Positions 41,798-54,600 of a stretch of 64,000 bases of DNA are shown here, piece after piece (the stretch's first letter is position 1; each line of letters begins with the position of its first letter). The stretch is from assembly GCF_001194135.2 (NCBI RefSeq), contig NC_068995.1, positions 33,218,141 to 33,282,140 on the forward strand. Direction: 5' to 3'. The notes beneath the pieces are model-generated. The model saw nothing but the letters and a program-made list of their open reading frames with translations. It made no database searches and was not told the DNA's origin. The translations under genes were made by a program, and so were the position numbers. Origin of the DNA: Octopus bimaculoides (Eukaryota).

Positions 41798-42790
41798 TCA
41801 GGTCATCCCATAAATAATGCATTTTTTAATACTTTTATTTTTCAAAATTAAGATAAACAAATTTCTTTTTTAATCTAAAATACACTCTCCTTCATTTTCT
41901 ACAATGCTCTTCCATTTGTCTGGTAGACTTGCAAGGCCCCTCTTCCCAAATTCACTTGTCCACGACAAAAAATACTCCTCCAGTACTGCTCTGACCTCCT
42001 CTACAGAATTCATGTTTTTTTCCATCCAAATGATTTTGAAGACTATGGAATAAATAATGATCAGATGGGGCAATGTCCAGCAAATATGGTGGGTGGGGCA
42101 CTGTTTCTCATACAAACTTCTTCAGCCTTTGGAATGTCATCGTCACTGTATATGGCTGAGCATTATCCTGATGGAAGAACACCTTTTGTCTTGAGACCAA
42201 AGATGGTTGTTTTTCTTCTAGCACTGACTTAAGTCGCTCAAGCTGCTCCCAGTAGATCTTCTTTGTTGTCATTTTGTTTGGGTTTGAAAGTTCTAAGTGA
42301 ACTAAACCTTTCATATCCCACCAAACAGATAGCAACACCTTACATGGGTGAAGACCATCTTTAGCCTGGGGTGCTGGTGTTTCTCCTTTCCCTACCCACT
42401 GTATTTGGTGTTTGACATTTTTATAGAGAACCCATTTCTCATCACCAGTCACTATTTGGTCCAAAACAGCTTCATTTGTGATACGTGATAGCAAAGAAGA
42501 GCTCACATTCACTCTCTGCATGTGATTAGACTTGGAAAGTTTGTGAGGAACCCATTACCCCAATTTACTGACTTTTCCAATGACACGCAGTTGTCATTGA
42601 ATGGTTGAATAACCAAATCCAAGATTCTATGCTAGTTCCTCAACAGTTACAATGGGATTTTGTTCCACCAGGATTTACAGGACATTCTCGTCGAGCTCTA
42701 CAAATCTTCCAGCATGAGGTTGATCTTCTAGGCTGTAGTTTGTGGCTCAAAATTTCTGGAAGCACCATGGACACTGGCTTATGCTTATTG
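41798..42790 (-). mobile_element. mariner (DD34D) transposon, 5' part lost at a SINE insertion
   Basis: WVPHKL, IVTGDEKW, FHQDNA, HPPYLLDIAPSD with exactly 34 codons between D2 and D3, one of them an in-frame TGA; candidate 3' TIR at 41798-41825. Confidence 0.9.
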
Positions 42791-45259
42791 TCCGATCCCC
42801 ATATACTGCAAGGGTTCCAGTTGATCTGATCAACAGAACAGCCTGCTCATGAAATTAACATGCAAGTGGCTGAGCACTCCACAGACATGTGTACCCTTAA
42901 CATAGTTCTCAGAGAGATTCAGCATGGCCCTTTGAAATACAGGTACTACTCATTTTTGCCAGGTGAGTGGACTGGAGCAACATGAAATAAAGTGTCTTGC
43001 TCAAGAACACAACATGTTGCCAGGAATTGAACTCATGACCTTATGATCATGAGCCAAATACCTTAATCCCTAAGCCAAGCACCTTCACATATGTGTGTGT
43101 ATTTGTGTCTGTATTAATCCCCCATCCACTGTTTGACAACTGGTGCTGGTGTGTTTATATCCCTGTAACTTAGTGGTTTGGCAAATGAAATCAATAGAAT
43201 AAGTACCAAGCTTAAAAAATAAGTACTGGAATCAATTTATTCGACTAAAAATTCTTCAAGATGGTGCTCCAGCATGGCTGCAGTCTAATAACTGCAACAA
43301 GTAAAAGATAATCCACTTAAAATAGTAAAAAAAAAAACTATTTTAACATACCATATGCAAATTAACCAACTTCAAAAACAGGGTCTGTTTATTCAGTACA
43401 GGCTACAGTAATGCATAGCATTTTGGTAGGCATATTCTTGAAAGAAATTGAAGGAATCCACTAATCTTAATCAGAAAACATATCTAATGGCCTTTTAGAT
43501 AAGGTTATAAATGAAAGTTGAAATAAATTCACACAAATAGGTGCAGGTGTAGCTGTGCGGTAAGAAGCTTGCTTCCCAACCACATAATTTGGGGTTCAGT
43601 CCCACTGCGTGGCACCATGGGCAAGTGTCTTCTACTAGAGCCTAGGGCCAACCAAAGCCTTGTGAGTGTATTTGGTTGATGGAAACTGAAAGAAGCCTCT
43701 GTGTGTGTGTGCATGCACGTGCATATGTGTGTGCACATGTGTGTGTGCACATGCGTGTGTGCACGTGTGTGTGTGTGTGCATGTGCGCACATGTGTGTGT
43801 GTGTGTGTTACAACCACTTGACAACCAGAGTTAGGCTGTTTACATCCCTGTAACTTAGTGGTTTAGCAAAAAGAGATTGATAGAATAAGTACCAGGCTTT
43901 AAAAAAAATAAGTACTCGGGTAAATTCAATCAACTAAAAGTTCTTCAAGACAGTACTCCAGCATGGCCAGTCTAATGACTGAAACAGATAAAAAAAGAGA
44001 ATAAACACATAGCTGTGACAAAACAGCTGGGGTTCTTTTTAGTAATTCCAGATTACTGGAAGTAAGATAAGAGTTCCAGCACTGCTGTTGTTAGTAAAAG
44101 GTTCTGCATATTAGCCATGATGTTTGTAGGATTTATCAGGTCGATGGGAGTAAAGCGATTGACATTCAATTTAAAGATCTGTAGGTGAATATATGCATGG
44201 GAAATATAAGTAGGAAGAAGTTCAAAGGTTTGTGTGATCTGTGATGAAGAATGATTGGCTAAATTGTTTAATGTGGAGGATCTGAGTTGAGCAGATGATG
44301 TTGTAGTAGAGGTAACTGATACAGAGAGAAGAGATGCTGTGTAGTTTAAGAGAGAGAAATTACTGGTAACCTCAGTTTTAAAGACATGTTCAATTTCTAA
44401 TAGTAATTGTTTCTCTTCGTTTATACTAATAATGATGATTCCCTTATTGTGTGTGAGAGAGAAAGAGAGAAAGGTGGGGCAAGAGAGAGAGAGAGGCAGA
44501 GCCTCCTGAAGTATATTTAAAGTACCCAGTAAATTTTACATTTAAACTCCAGCTGCTGCAATGTTATATGATAGGAATGTGTTTGTAATTAAGTTGGCAG
44601 AACCATAAGCACACTGGACAAAATGCTAAGTGGCATTTCATCTGGTTTTACATTCTGAGTTCAAATTCTGCCGAGGTCAACTTTGCCTTTCATCCTTTCA
44701 GGGTCGATAAAATAAGTGCTGGTTGAATGTTGGGGTTCATGTAATTGACTTGTCCCTTCCTTTGAAATTGCTGACCTCGTGCCAACAGAGTAGAGAACTT
44801 AATCTTCTGCCATGCAGTGAAGTGTTTCATAAATAAATAATTAGCAATGTTCTAGTTTTAATAAAGCTTCTTAGTTCAATAATTCTTTCAATGAATCTTT
44901 GAACAACCAAGACAGAAAAAAAAAAAAACTATTGACACTACAATTGCAGTAAGGCAAATGGAAGAACAGTACAAACACAGGAAGAATTTTTCCATGAAGC
45001 AATTCTATGGAACATGATGCTTTTTGTCACAGCACACTAGTGACTGAGTTTACTGAATTGACACTTGGCAATAAATACTACCACTGGTCTTCTCATATTC
45101 TTGTAGTTCTATTTTGAATACCATAGAATGAATAATTTACTTGATCTACTAATGTTACAGCAAAAACTTCTAAACGATTAAGCCTTAAATGTGAAGCCCA
45201 CATTTCTAGACATAGTTGTGAGCGCTGACGAGGTATTCACAGTTGTAATGTCTTTATGG

Positions 45260-45405
45260 CAGTCAAGAGCAAACTGCAGCCCATGAGACTTTCTGAATAG
45301 CATGCCTAATGAAAAATTACCCTGAATTTGTTTTAGCAGTGCAGTCCAATGAGGATGAACTATGTCCTACGTAACCTACTTCTCAAAAAAGATTGCCTAT
45401 GCCTG
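45260..45405. mobile_element. Old hAT-type MITE
   Basis: Ends cagtcaagagcaaact / gattgcctatgcctg; flanks ctttatgg / cttcatga match at 6 of 8. Confidence 0.4.
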
Positions 45406-45434
45406 CTTCATGAATAACAAAATTCTATCTAATC

Positions 45435-46284
45435 CAGTGATTCTTAACCAGGATGGTAACACTCCCCTGGGGGAAATGTGAACTCAAAAGAGGGTGATGC
45501 ATATCAACACTGCACTAAAGGAGACACGGGATATTTAGAGGAGTTTTAATTTCTCTTAGAACTATAATATTGGTTTCAAATTTTGGCACAAGGCTAGCAA
45601 GTTCTAGGGGGGTGGGGATTAAGTTGATTATATCATCCACAGTGCTCAACTGGTACTCATTTTGTCAACCCCAAAAGGATGAGAGGCAAGATCAACCTCA
45701 GTGGAATTTGAACTCAGAACATAAAGACGGATGAAATGCTATTAAGCATTTTGCCCAGCATGCTAATGCTTCTACCAACTCACCACCTTCTTAGAACTAT
45801 CATATTTAAACCAGGTATTATAATGTTTAAATCAGGTACAATAGTTATGTTTTAAACACATTTTCAAAACAGAATGTTTGTCAGGATGAAAATATGTTAT
45901 CAGAGAACGTAAACTTGACTGGACTAATGTGCCAAAGTACAATGTAATTTTGCTATATAAGCTCATAACTTCAGTAATTTCCATAAGAATTTAACATAAG
46001 GCCACTTTTCCTATGAAATAGAAAGAGGCATACACTTGATGGAATACTAGAAGAAAATATAAATAATAAAGCCCACCTGTGTGATATAATCTGTTGGGAA
46101 TCTATTTTTTTTTCTGCAAAGAAGAAATGTCTGTGTGGTTAAGAAGAAACTTACCTTGTAACCATGTGGTTTCAGGTTCAATCCCTCTGCATGTACTATG
46201 GGCAAGTGTCTTCAATTATAGCCCCAAGCTGACCAATGCCTTGTGAATGAATTTGGTTGGAGGAAACTGTCTGGAAAGCCCTCA

Positions 46285-46335
<51 letters not shown>

Positions 46336-46637
46336 TTATGTTTGTGTTTGTTTCCTGCCACCTCCACCACTACCACCACCATCACTGCTTGACAATTGGT
46401 GTTGATTTGTTTACAGCCCCATAACTTAGCAGTTCAACAAAAGAGACCAATTGAATAAGTACCAGATTTAAAAACAAGTACTAGGGTCAGTTTGTTCCTC
46501 TAAAAACCCTTCAAACTGGTGCTCCAGCATGGCTGCAGACCAATGACTGAAACAAGTAATAAATAAAAGAAAGAATGGGAGAGAAAATTTGTAAAACATT
46601 TATTAAGTTCTAAATTATAAAAGGTTGAGAACCACTG
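45435..46637. mobile_element. hAT-type non-autonomous element carrying two nested SINEs
   Basis: TIRs CAGTGATTCTTAACC / GGTTGAGAACCACTG, exact TSD ATCTAATC at 45427-45434 and 46638-46645. Confidence 0.85.
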
Positions 46638-47918
46638 ATCTAATCAACCATTTTACTAGAACAGAAAAGCTGTAAAATGATACAATGATAAGATACTGAG
46701 CAAGGAAAGATAAATGATAACTCCTTTGTCTTCAACACTAGATACAAAGAAATAACAACAAATAATAAAAACATCTCTTTCTAATAATTTATTAAGATTA
46801 CAGTTTTATTAGATGAAAATTTAGATTTTATCTTGTTTTTTTTCTTCAACTTAAATATATTTTTTTTTCTACAGGAATGGTCTCTTCAACAGTCCAACTT
46901 AATCACTTTGTTACACAGCTAAATTTACTCTGAACATTATTGGTCTGTACACACAGCTCTGTCTTTTCTATTTACTACAAATAAAGTTTTCATTGGTCAA
47001 TATACATTCTTCAACTCTCAAATTCCTCAAGTATATTTTATATATTAATATCTTAACACCACTAAAATGCTTAGCAGCATTTCATCCATTTTTATGTTCT
47101 GAGTTCAAATTCTGCCATGGCCAACTTTGCCTTTCATCTTTTCAGGGTCAATAAAATAAGTACCAGTTGATCACTGAGGTCAATGCAATCAACTTAGCCC
47201 CTCCCTCTAAATTGCTGGCTTTGTGTCAAAAATTTAAACCAAATCAGCACACCTGGTAAAATGCTTCATGGTATTTTGTCTGTCCTTACGTTCTGAGTTC
47301 AAATTTTGTCAAGGTTGACTTTACCTTTCATCCTTTCAGGGTTGATAAAATAAGTACCAGTTGATGTAATTGACTAGCTGCCCCCACCCCGTTCCTGAAA
47401 TTGCTGACTCTGTGCCAAAATTCGAAACCAATATCTTAGCACCTCTCTGTTACAATAGAAAGTATTCAGCTAAATTATTGATGTCTTCTTACAAGGACAC
47501 AACTTCTTAGTTCAGTGTTTGGGCTGAAGTAAGTCTATGTAATAGTAACGATCTTCACAAGATCATCAGATGATTAAATGAAATGGAATATTTTATGAAC
47601 TTGGCTCACTGAGAACAAAATGGTAAGATTTAGTCTAAATAAAAGTTCTAGAGAAAAAATAGATAATTATCTATCTTTTCTATATGATTATAATCATATA
47701 TTAATTATCGCATATATATATTGATACAGGTATGGATGTGCTGAGATGGTTCCAGGTTCCATACTACTGTATGGTTCCTTGATTAAGTATCTACTATTAT
47801 AATCTTATATTAATTAATACCTTGTCAGCGAAATTAGTAGGTGGAAATTGTATGGAAGCTTGACATACATATATATGTATATGTGTGTGTATGTATATAC
47901 ATGTGTGTATATATATAT

Positions 47919-48034
47919 ATGTGCATGTGTGTATATATATATGTGCATGTGTGTATATATATGTGCATGTGTGTATATATATGTGCATGTGTGTATATAT
48001 ATGTGCATGTGTGTATATATATGTGCATGTGTGT
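47919..48034. repeat. 20-bp minisatellite ATGTGCATGTGTGTATATAT
   Basis: Four perfect units at 47941-48020 plus flanking near-perfect units. Confidence 0.95.
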
Positions 48035-49138
48035 GCAGTATGTGTTCCCTGTTCAGTCTCACTGTAGCACATTGGGTAAATGTCTTCTACTATAGCCCCA
48101 AGCTTACCAAAACCTTGTGGGTTAATTTGGTTGATGGAAACTGAAAGAAGCCTATTGTATGTATGTGTGTGCATACACATGCATGCGTGTATGCGTATGT
48201 TCTTTATGCATTTTAAAACTGAGTTGCTGATTTTGACGTACGGGGTATCAAAAGATTCAGTAATCTTTCAGCTGCCAAATAAACTTTATTTTCATTTACA
48301 TATTTTCTATGTTGTCTCAACAATCAGCTATAGCTATTTGAAAGATACTGCTCTACAATGACCAGGTTTCATTAGAAAGTGAAAATAGTTTCACACTTTC
48401 AATTTGAACCAAAATTACAAAGTGTTGCATTACAAGAGTGAAGATGTGTGTGAATAATGAAAGTAATGTGTCTCCAAATTAGCCACACCTATATTATGAT
48501 AAAAAAAAAGTTGCTTATCATCTATATATATAAAAGAGAGTTTGTGTGAGTCACTCACTCTCTCTCTCTCACATGCACACACACACGCACATATATACAA
48601 AAAAGATGTATGCATATGTATTTATGTACATGTATATGAAAAATAATGTGTGTGTGTGTGTAAGAGAGAGAAAGAGAGAGAATGGTGGTGGCAGCGATGG
48701 GGGAAGAGAGGAAGGGGAGGAGAAGAGGGGAAGGAGGGGAGGTGGTGATTGCAGTAGCAGCGGTAATGGCAGCAGCAAAGTTGATGATGATGATACCAAT
48801 GTAATTCTAGTTGAATATCTATACCAGTTTTATATCTTTCAGGAGTTGTTCTATTTGAACAGTTACATTCAGTTAGTGAATATTAGTGTAAATATATTTA
48901 CCTTTTAGTTTTTACTTGTTTCAGTCATGAGACTGCGGCCATGCTGGGGTACCACATTGAAGAACTTTAAGTTGACTGAATCAACTCCAGTACTTTTTCT
49001 TTTTAAGCCTGGTACTTATTCTAGTGATCTCTTTTGTCAAACTGCTAAGTTATGGGGATATAAACACACCCACACCACTTGTCTAGCAGTGGTGAGGGAC
49101 AAACACAGGCACAAAACACACACACACACATGCATGCA

Positions 49139-49169
<31 letters not shown>

Positions 49170-49709
49170 CCAATGAGCTTCTTTCAATTTTTGCCTACCA
49201 AATCCACTAACAAGGCTTTGGTTAGCCCAAGGCTATAGCAGGAGACACACAGGTGACACACAGTGTGACATGTAAGGTGACATGCAGTGGGACTGAACTC
49301 CAAACCATGTGGCTGGAAGCAAACTTCTTACCACACACCCATGTATAATTTATATTTATATAATATTACTACAAATATATAACTCTGGTTTTATTTTGGT
49401 GTATATGTGTGAGTGTATATGTGTTAGTGTAACTCTATCATAGATCTATTAATATGGCCCTGTTCTGGTTTCTCAGTAACTATGTCTAATTAATTTCCTT
49501 TAGGTGACATTTCTTTAGATATAAATAAATATTTAAGGTGCAAGGTCTGAATGGAGAAACAAGTTCATAGGTTGTGAGTTCATATCTTACTATAGTTAGT
49601 GTATTCTGTCTGTGAGCTATTCTCTTTAATTCTCCATGCTAAAGGCTTCATCCTTAATTAAGAATTTCATAATTACATTTACATCAGGATAAATGACGAA
49701 TGGATGATG

Positions 49710-49828
<119 letters not shown>

Positions 49829-51259
49829 GATGATGATGATGATGATAGCTTTTAATTAAGTATAACACCAGTTTCATTATGATGTAGATATAATTGTTTC
49901 AACTGATCCCCCCTCTCTCTGCTCCCATTGACACAGTATTATTAGTAATTATTTCATTAATTCCAAAGAAATGAAAAAAATAAACTCCTGAAAACTTTCA
50001 CTGCAAAAATGTGAAGAAGCTATATCAGTGATAGAAAGGCGTTTTTGGAATTTGGAGTATGCTAAGGTCCATGTGGCTCAAGTTAGGAAGGAAGCAGACA
50101 AGGCTTATTCACTATAAGCCTCCTTCCTCTATGAACTGAAAAATAGAAGAATACCATCCCTCTGCATATCCCATCCTGTTTCCATCACTGAAACATTATA
50201 GACATAGTAAATTATCTCTGGGGAAAAACTCCATCACATTGTATTATTCAAATTCAATCACTATTGATCCAGTAAGGTTTTAAAAAGAAACCTTTTATTC
50301 ATGCATGTCTAAGTTTGTAGAATATAAGACAAGCAGCAGCATATTGTCAATTGTACAAATGTGTGTGTGCGTGCACACACTCATACACGCACGCACGCAT
50401 GCACACACACACACACACACATGCTTGTGCACATATATACTTAATCATACTTACATATAACTTATATTTCTTTAATATCTGGCTTTATTTGGTAATAGGT
50501 ATGGCTGTGTGGGATGAAGCTTACTTCCCAACCACATGGTTCTGGGTTCAGTACCACTGTATAGCACCCAAGGCAAGTGTCTTCTACTACAACTTTGGGC
50601 TGATCAAAGCCTTGTGAGGGGATTTGGTAGATGGAAGCCCATCATATTTGTGTCTGTGTGTGTGTGTCTTTGTGCTTGTGTTTGTTCCCCACCACCACTT
50701 AACAACTGGTGTTGGTGTGTTTATGACTCCATAATTTAGCAGTTCAGCAAAAAGTGACTGATGGAATAAGCCTCAGGTTTAACAATAAAATAAGTACTGG
50801 GGTTGATTCATTCAACTAAAAATTCTTCAAGGTGGTGCCCCCAGCATGGCCACAGTCTAATGACTGAAACAAGTAAAAGAGAAAAGAACTTTTCAGTACT
50901 TTACTAGGATTCTTGCTAACTATTCATATTGGATTGAATAAAGCAAAAACAACTTTTTTTCCTCAAAATGGGTTTATATTTCCTGAAATAGAAATTTTTA
51001 CTGTTTACACATTTGGGTGAGGATAAAAATTTGTTCTATTTTACTTTAAATCCTGTGATAACAAAATAATTTGTATTATAACCAAACCAAAGAATGCTAA
51101 AAATAGAGGGAGAATTTAGGATTCCTATGGCATTTTTTTGTAATGTTATCTGCATGTTGATCATTGAGAGTAACCATTTCCTAAATCGTGTCAGTGTCTG
51201 GCATTGAAGTTGATATATTACAATAATGCATTCACTTAAACCAAAGACATCTTTATAAT

Positions 51260-51480
51260 GTTACAATTACTAAACTAGGAGCATTTGATAGAGTTACAAT
51301 TTTTAACTAGGAACATCATACAATGTTACAATTGCTAAACCAGGCACATTTTGTTGTTTTACATTTGCTAAACTAGGAACATGTGGTGTAAAAAGTATTT
51401 GATACTTTTTCTAACTAGGGACATCTTCTGGTGTTGCAATTGCTAAACTAGGAACATGTAGTGTTAAAATTATTTGATAC
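51260..51480. repeat. Degenerate 32-33-bp tandem array
   Basis: Core GTTACAATTGCTAAACTAGGAACAT at 51260, 51293, 51325, 51358, about 51405 and 51433. Confidence 0.8.
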
Positions 51481-51846
51481 ATCTTGTAGCACTACTGTTG
51501 GTCTAATCTATTTTGAGGCAGTAATTTACAGTTATATACTCATAATCAGGCATTTTTGTTGCCCCTCACAGCGTGCAAGGTCATATTGTACCTATTCTAC
51601 ATCAGGGTTACACATGGTAAAGAGATACATCAATAGATTTATAGTAATGTGGGGCTATGTGATAAGAAGCTTGCCTCCCAACCACATGATTCTGGGTTCC
51701 GTTCCACTGTGTGGAAACTTGGGCAAGTGTCTTCTACTATAGCCTCAGGCTAGCCAAAGCCTTGTGAGTGGATTTTGGTCAGCAGAAAGTGAAAAAAGCT
51801 CCAGTCAAACCATCCAACCCATGCCAGAATGGAAAACAGACGTTAA

Positions 51847-52095
<249 letters not shown>

Positions 52096-52699
52096 AGCAT
52101 TTCCAGTTTCAAGACCAACAATAGACCACTACTATTGATTTGTAACTACTTGCATCTTTGTACTACTTTTCTATCTCCAAGCAGTTGCAATATTCCTGAA
52201 ATGTTACTTATTCATTCATCCCAGTTGCAAATATGTGAGATTGTTATCAACACAGTGTGTGTTGTGTGCCAGAAAGAAAAGTCAAGAAGATTATGAAGGA
52301 TCACAGATATAAGTTGTTTTGAAGGGGGTCATAATTCTATAACTAGAGATATAGTTCCTCTTTCAGCAGAAGAAAGTATAAGCAACAACAACTACACTAT
52401 CTGAAGAAACAGAAGGTAAATATTATGTGATATTTTAAGCAAAAGACGTTAAAAGTAGGTGGAATGTATGAAATGAAACAAATGTTAGATTTATGAAAAA
52501 CAAGAAAAGCACTGAAAGAACTCTTGAAAGAAAGCATAATGTAAAACCAAATGTTATAAAAGAACCTAAAAAAATTTGTTATTTTACATACATCTCACAG
52601 ATGTTTAATAGCCACTCTACTTCCACTTTGATTTGCTAAATATAACTATTTATTTGCCTTCTGCAGGTGAGAATCTTACAACTGTTATCAAGAGGTCAA

Positions 52700-53310
52700 A
52701 TATAACCTCTGTATATAAAATGATAAACGGAGAATATAGATTGTATCTAAATAGTTTCGATGTTTAGGTACATATTGAACAGGTGTAGCTAAACACTGTC
52801 TTGGTGTTTAGATACTTATTGAGTAAACTAGCAAACTGCTTAAAGAAAGAAAAATAACTGGGTACCATTTAAAATTGTTCTCTTCTCAGCCAGGCACTTC
52901 CTGCTGCTATTGAAGCATGGCTTGCATTTTTCCAGGATCTTCCACTTTATGCTGTACTACGTAGCACTTTCTTTTAAAGACCAGACATGTTTGGCTTGTG
53001 TAAATTTGGTCTTGTGGCTGTTAGCTCTGCCTTGTATTCCACTGTCTCTGTGTTGCAGTGGCTGTTCAGCAGACAAGTTGTGTTACCTCTACATGAGCAT
53101 CCTACCTCTGCCTCAGGTGTAGGCCTATCAACTAAAATCTTTTTTACACTAGGTTCACAGCTAAAGGATAGTCTCAGGGTGTGTCTATTAAATATTTTAT
53201 TGAATCTATTAGTACGGGAGAAGTGCCTATCAACTAAACTAAGGAAGATCTTACCTGCTCTGGTTTTAATGTTTAAAGAGAAGGGTGTTGTGAGCCACAG
53301 CACTTTCTGG
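52700..53310 (-). mobile_element. Penelope-like element, post-RT and GIY-YIG region remnant
   Basis: ORF 52974-53303 WLTTPFSLNIKTRAGKIFLSLVDRHF...KIFNRHTLRLSFSC...CSCRGNTTCLLNSHC.TETVEYKA matches the PLE WFNPPxS..VKTNIG, KIFNRN and CNC...CPL..xC motifs. Confidence 0.8.
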
Positions 53311-53586
53311 TGGCACTTTCTCTTGAGTTTGAACTCAGAATGTAGAAACAGATGAAATGCAATTAAGCATTTTGTCTGGCATGCTAATGATTCTGCCAGC
53401 TCGCCGCCTTACTTCTGGGGAGGGGGTAAGTCAATTACATCAACCCCAGTATTCAACCGGTACTTATTTTATCAACCCCAAAAGATGAAGGTAAAGTCGA
53501 CCTCACTGCCATTTAAACTCAGAACATGAAGACAGACAAAATGCCCAGCGTGCTTACTATTCTGTCAATTTACCACCTTAATAGTG

Positions 53587-53660
<74 letters not shown>

Positions 53661-53952
53661 GGTAGTAGTAGTAGTAGTAGTACAAAGGGTTTCAAATTTT
53701 GGCTCAAGGCCAGTAATAATAATAGTAATGATTTCAAATTTTGGCACAAGGCCTGTAGTTTGTGAGTGGGGATAAGTCAATTAAATCGACCCCAGAGCTC
53801 AACTGGTACTTATTTTATCGATTTTGACAGGATGAAAGGCAAAGTCAACCTTGGCAGAATTTGAACTCAGAATGTAAAGACAGACGAAATACTGCAATGC
53901 ATTTTGCACGGCATGCTAATGAATCTGCCATTTCACTGCCTTGATAATGATA

Positions 53953-54010
<58 letters not shown>

Positions 54011-54279
54011 TAACAACATCAACAACACAAGTAAGCTAAAAGTTCTAAAGTAACCCCATTTCAAATTAGAAATATTATCATTCATATTACATGATATAAA
54101 GGTTCAATAAGGTGACACAATATGGGTGTCCAATTCATGTTTAAGAATATTAGAACTATCAATCATCCAGTTTAACATGACCAACTGGTCTTTGAATGTC
54201 TACAGCAGAGCTCAGTTTGTTGCAAGCATTTGAGTGAGATTTCTGGTTTGGAAATAATTTTCTCCTTTCCTCCTATCAG

Positions 54280-54338
54280 CTTCAGCGGCCCCTGTCAGAA
54301 GAAATTGAAGTGTCATGGATGCTAGCTTCTCTTCTTGA
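54280..54338 (+). CDS. Candidate 59-nt internal exon, LQRPLSEEIEVSWMLASLL(E/D)
   Basis: Strong acceptor ttttctcctttcctcctatcag|, donor |gtaaac, only the phase-0 frame is open, unique sequence. Protein not recognised. Confidence 0.35.
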
Positions 54339-54532
54339 GTAAACAATAAAAAAAAAGAAGAAAAATAACGATGTTATAGAAATGATTTAAGAATAAAATG
54401 GAGACTGCATGTTAGGTGGTGGGGGAAGGGATGAAAGTAGAAATTAACCAAAATCTCTTGCTCCACTAAATCCATCTCTTATCCAATGATTCAATAGTTA
54501 TATTCCATAGATATATGATGATGATGGTGGTG

Positions 54533-54600
<68 letters not shown>

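Noticed and set aside
51260-51480. CRISPR-like appearance of the array
   Set aside because: Eukaryotic context, degenerate repeats, linkers mostly under 10 bp and related, no cas genes.
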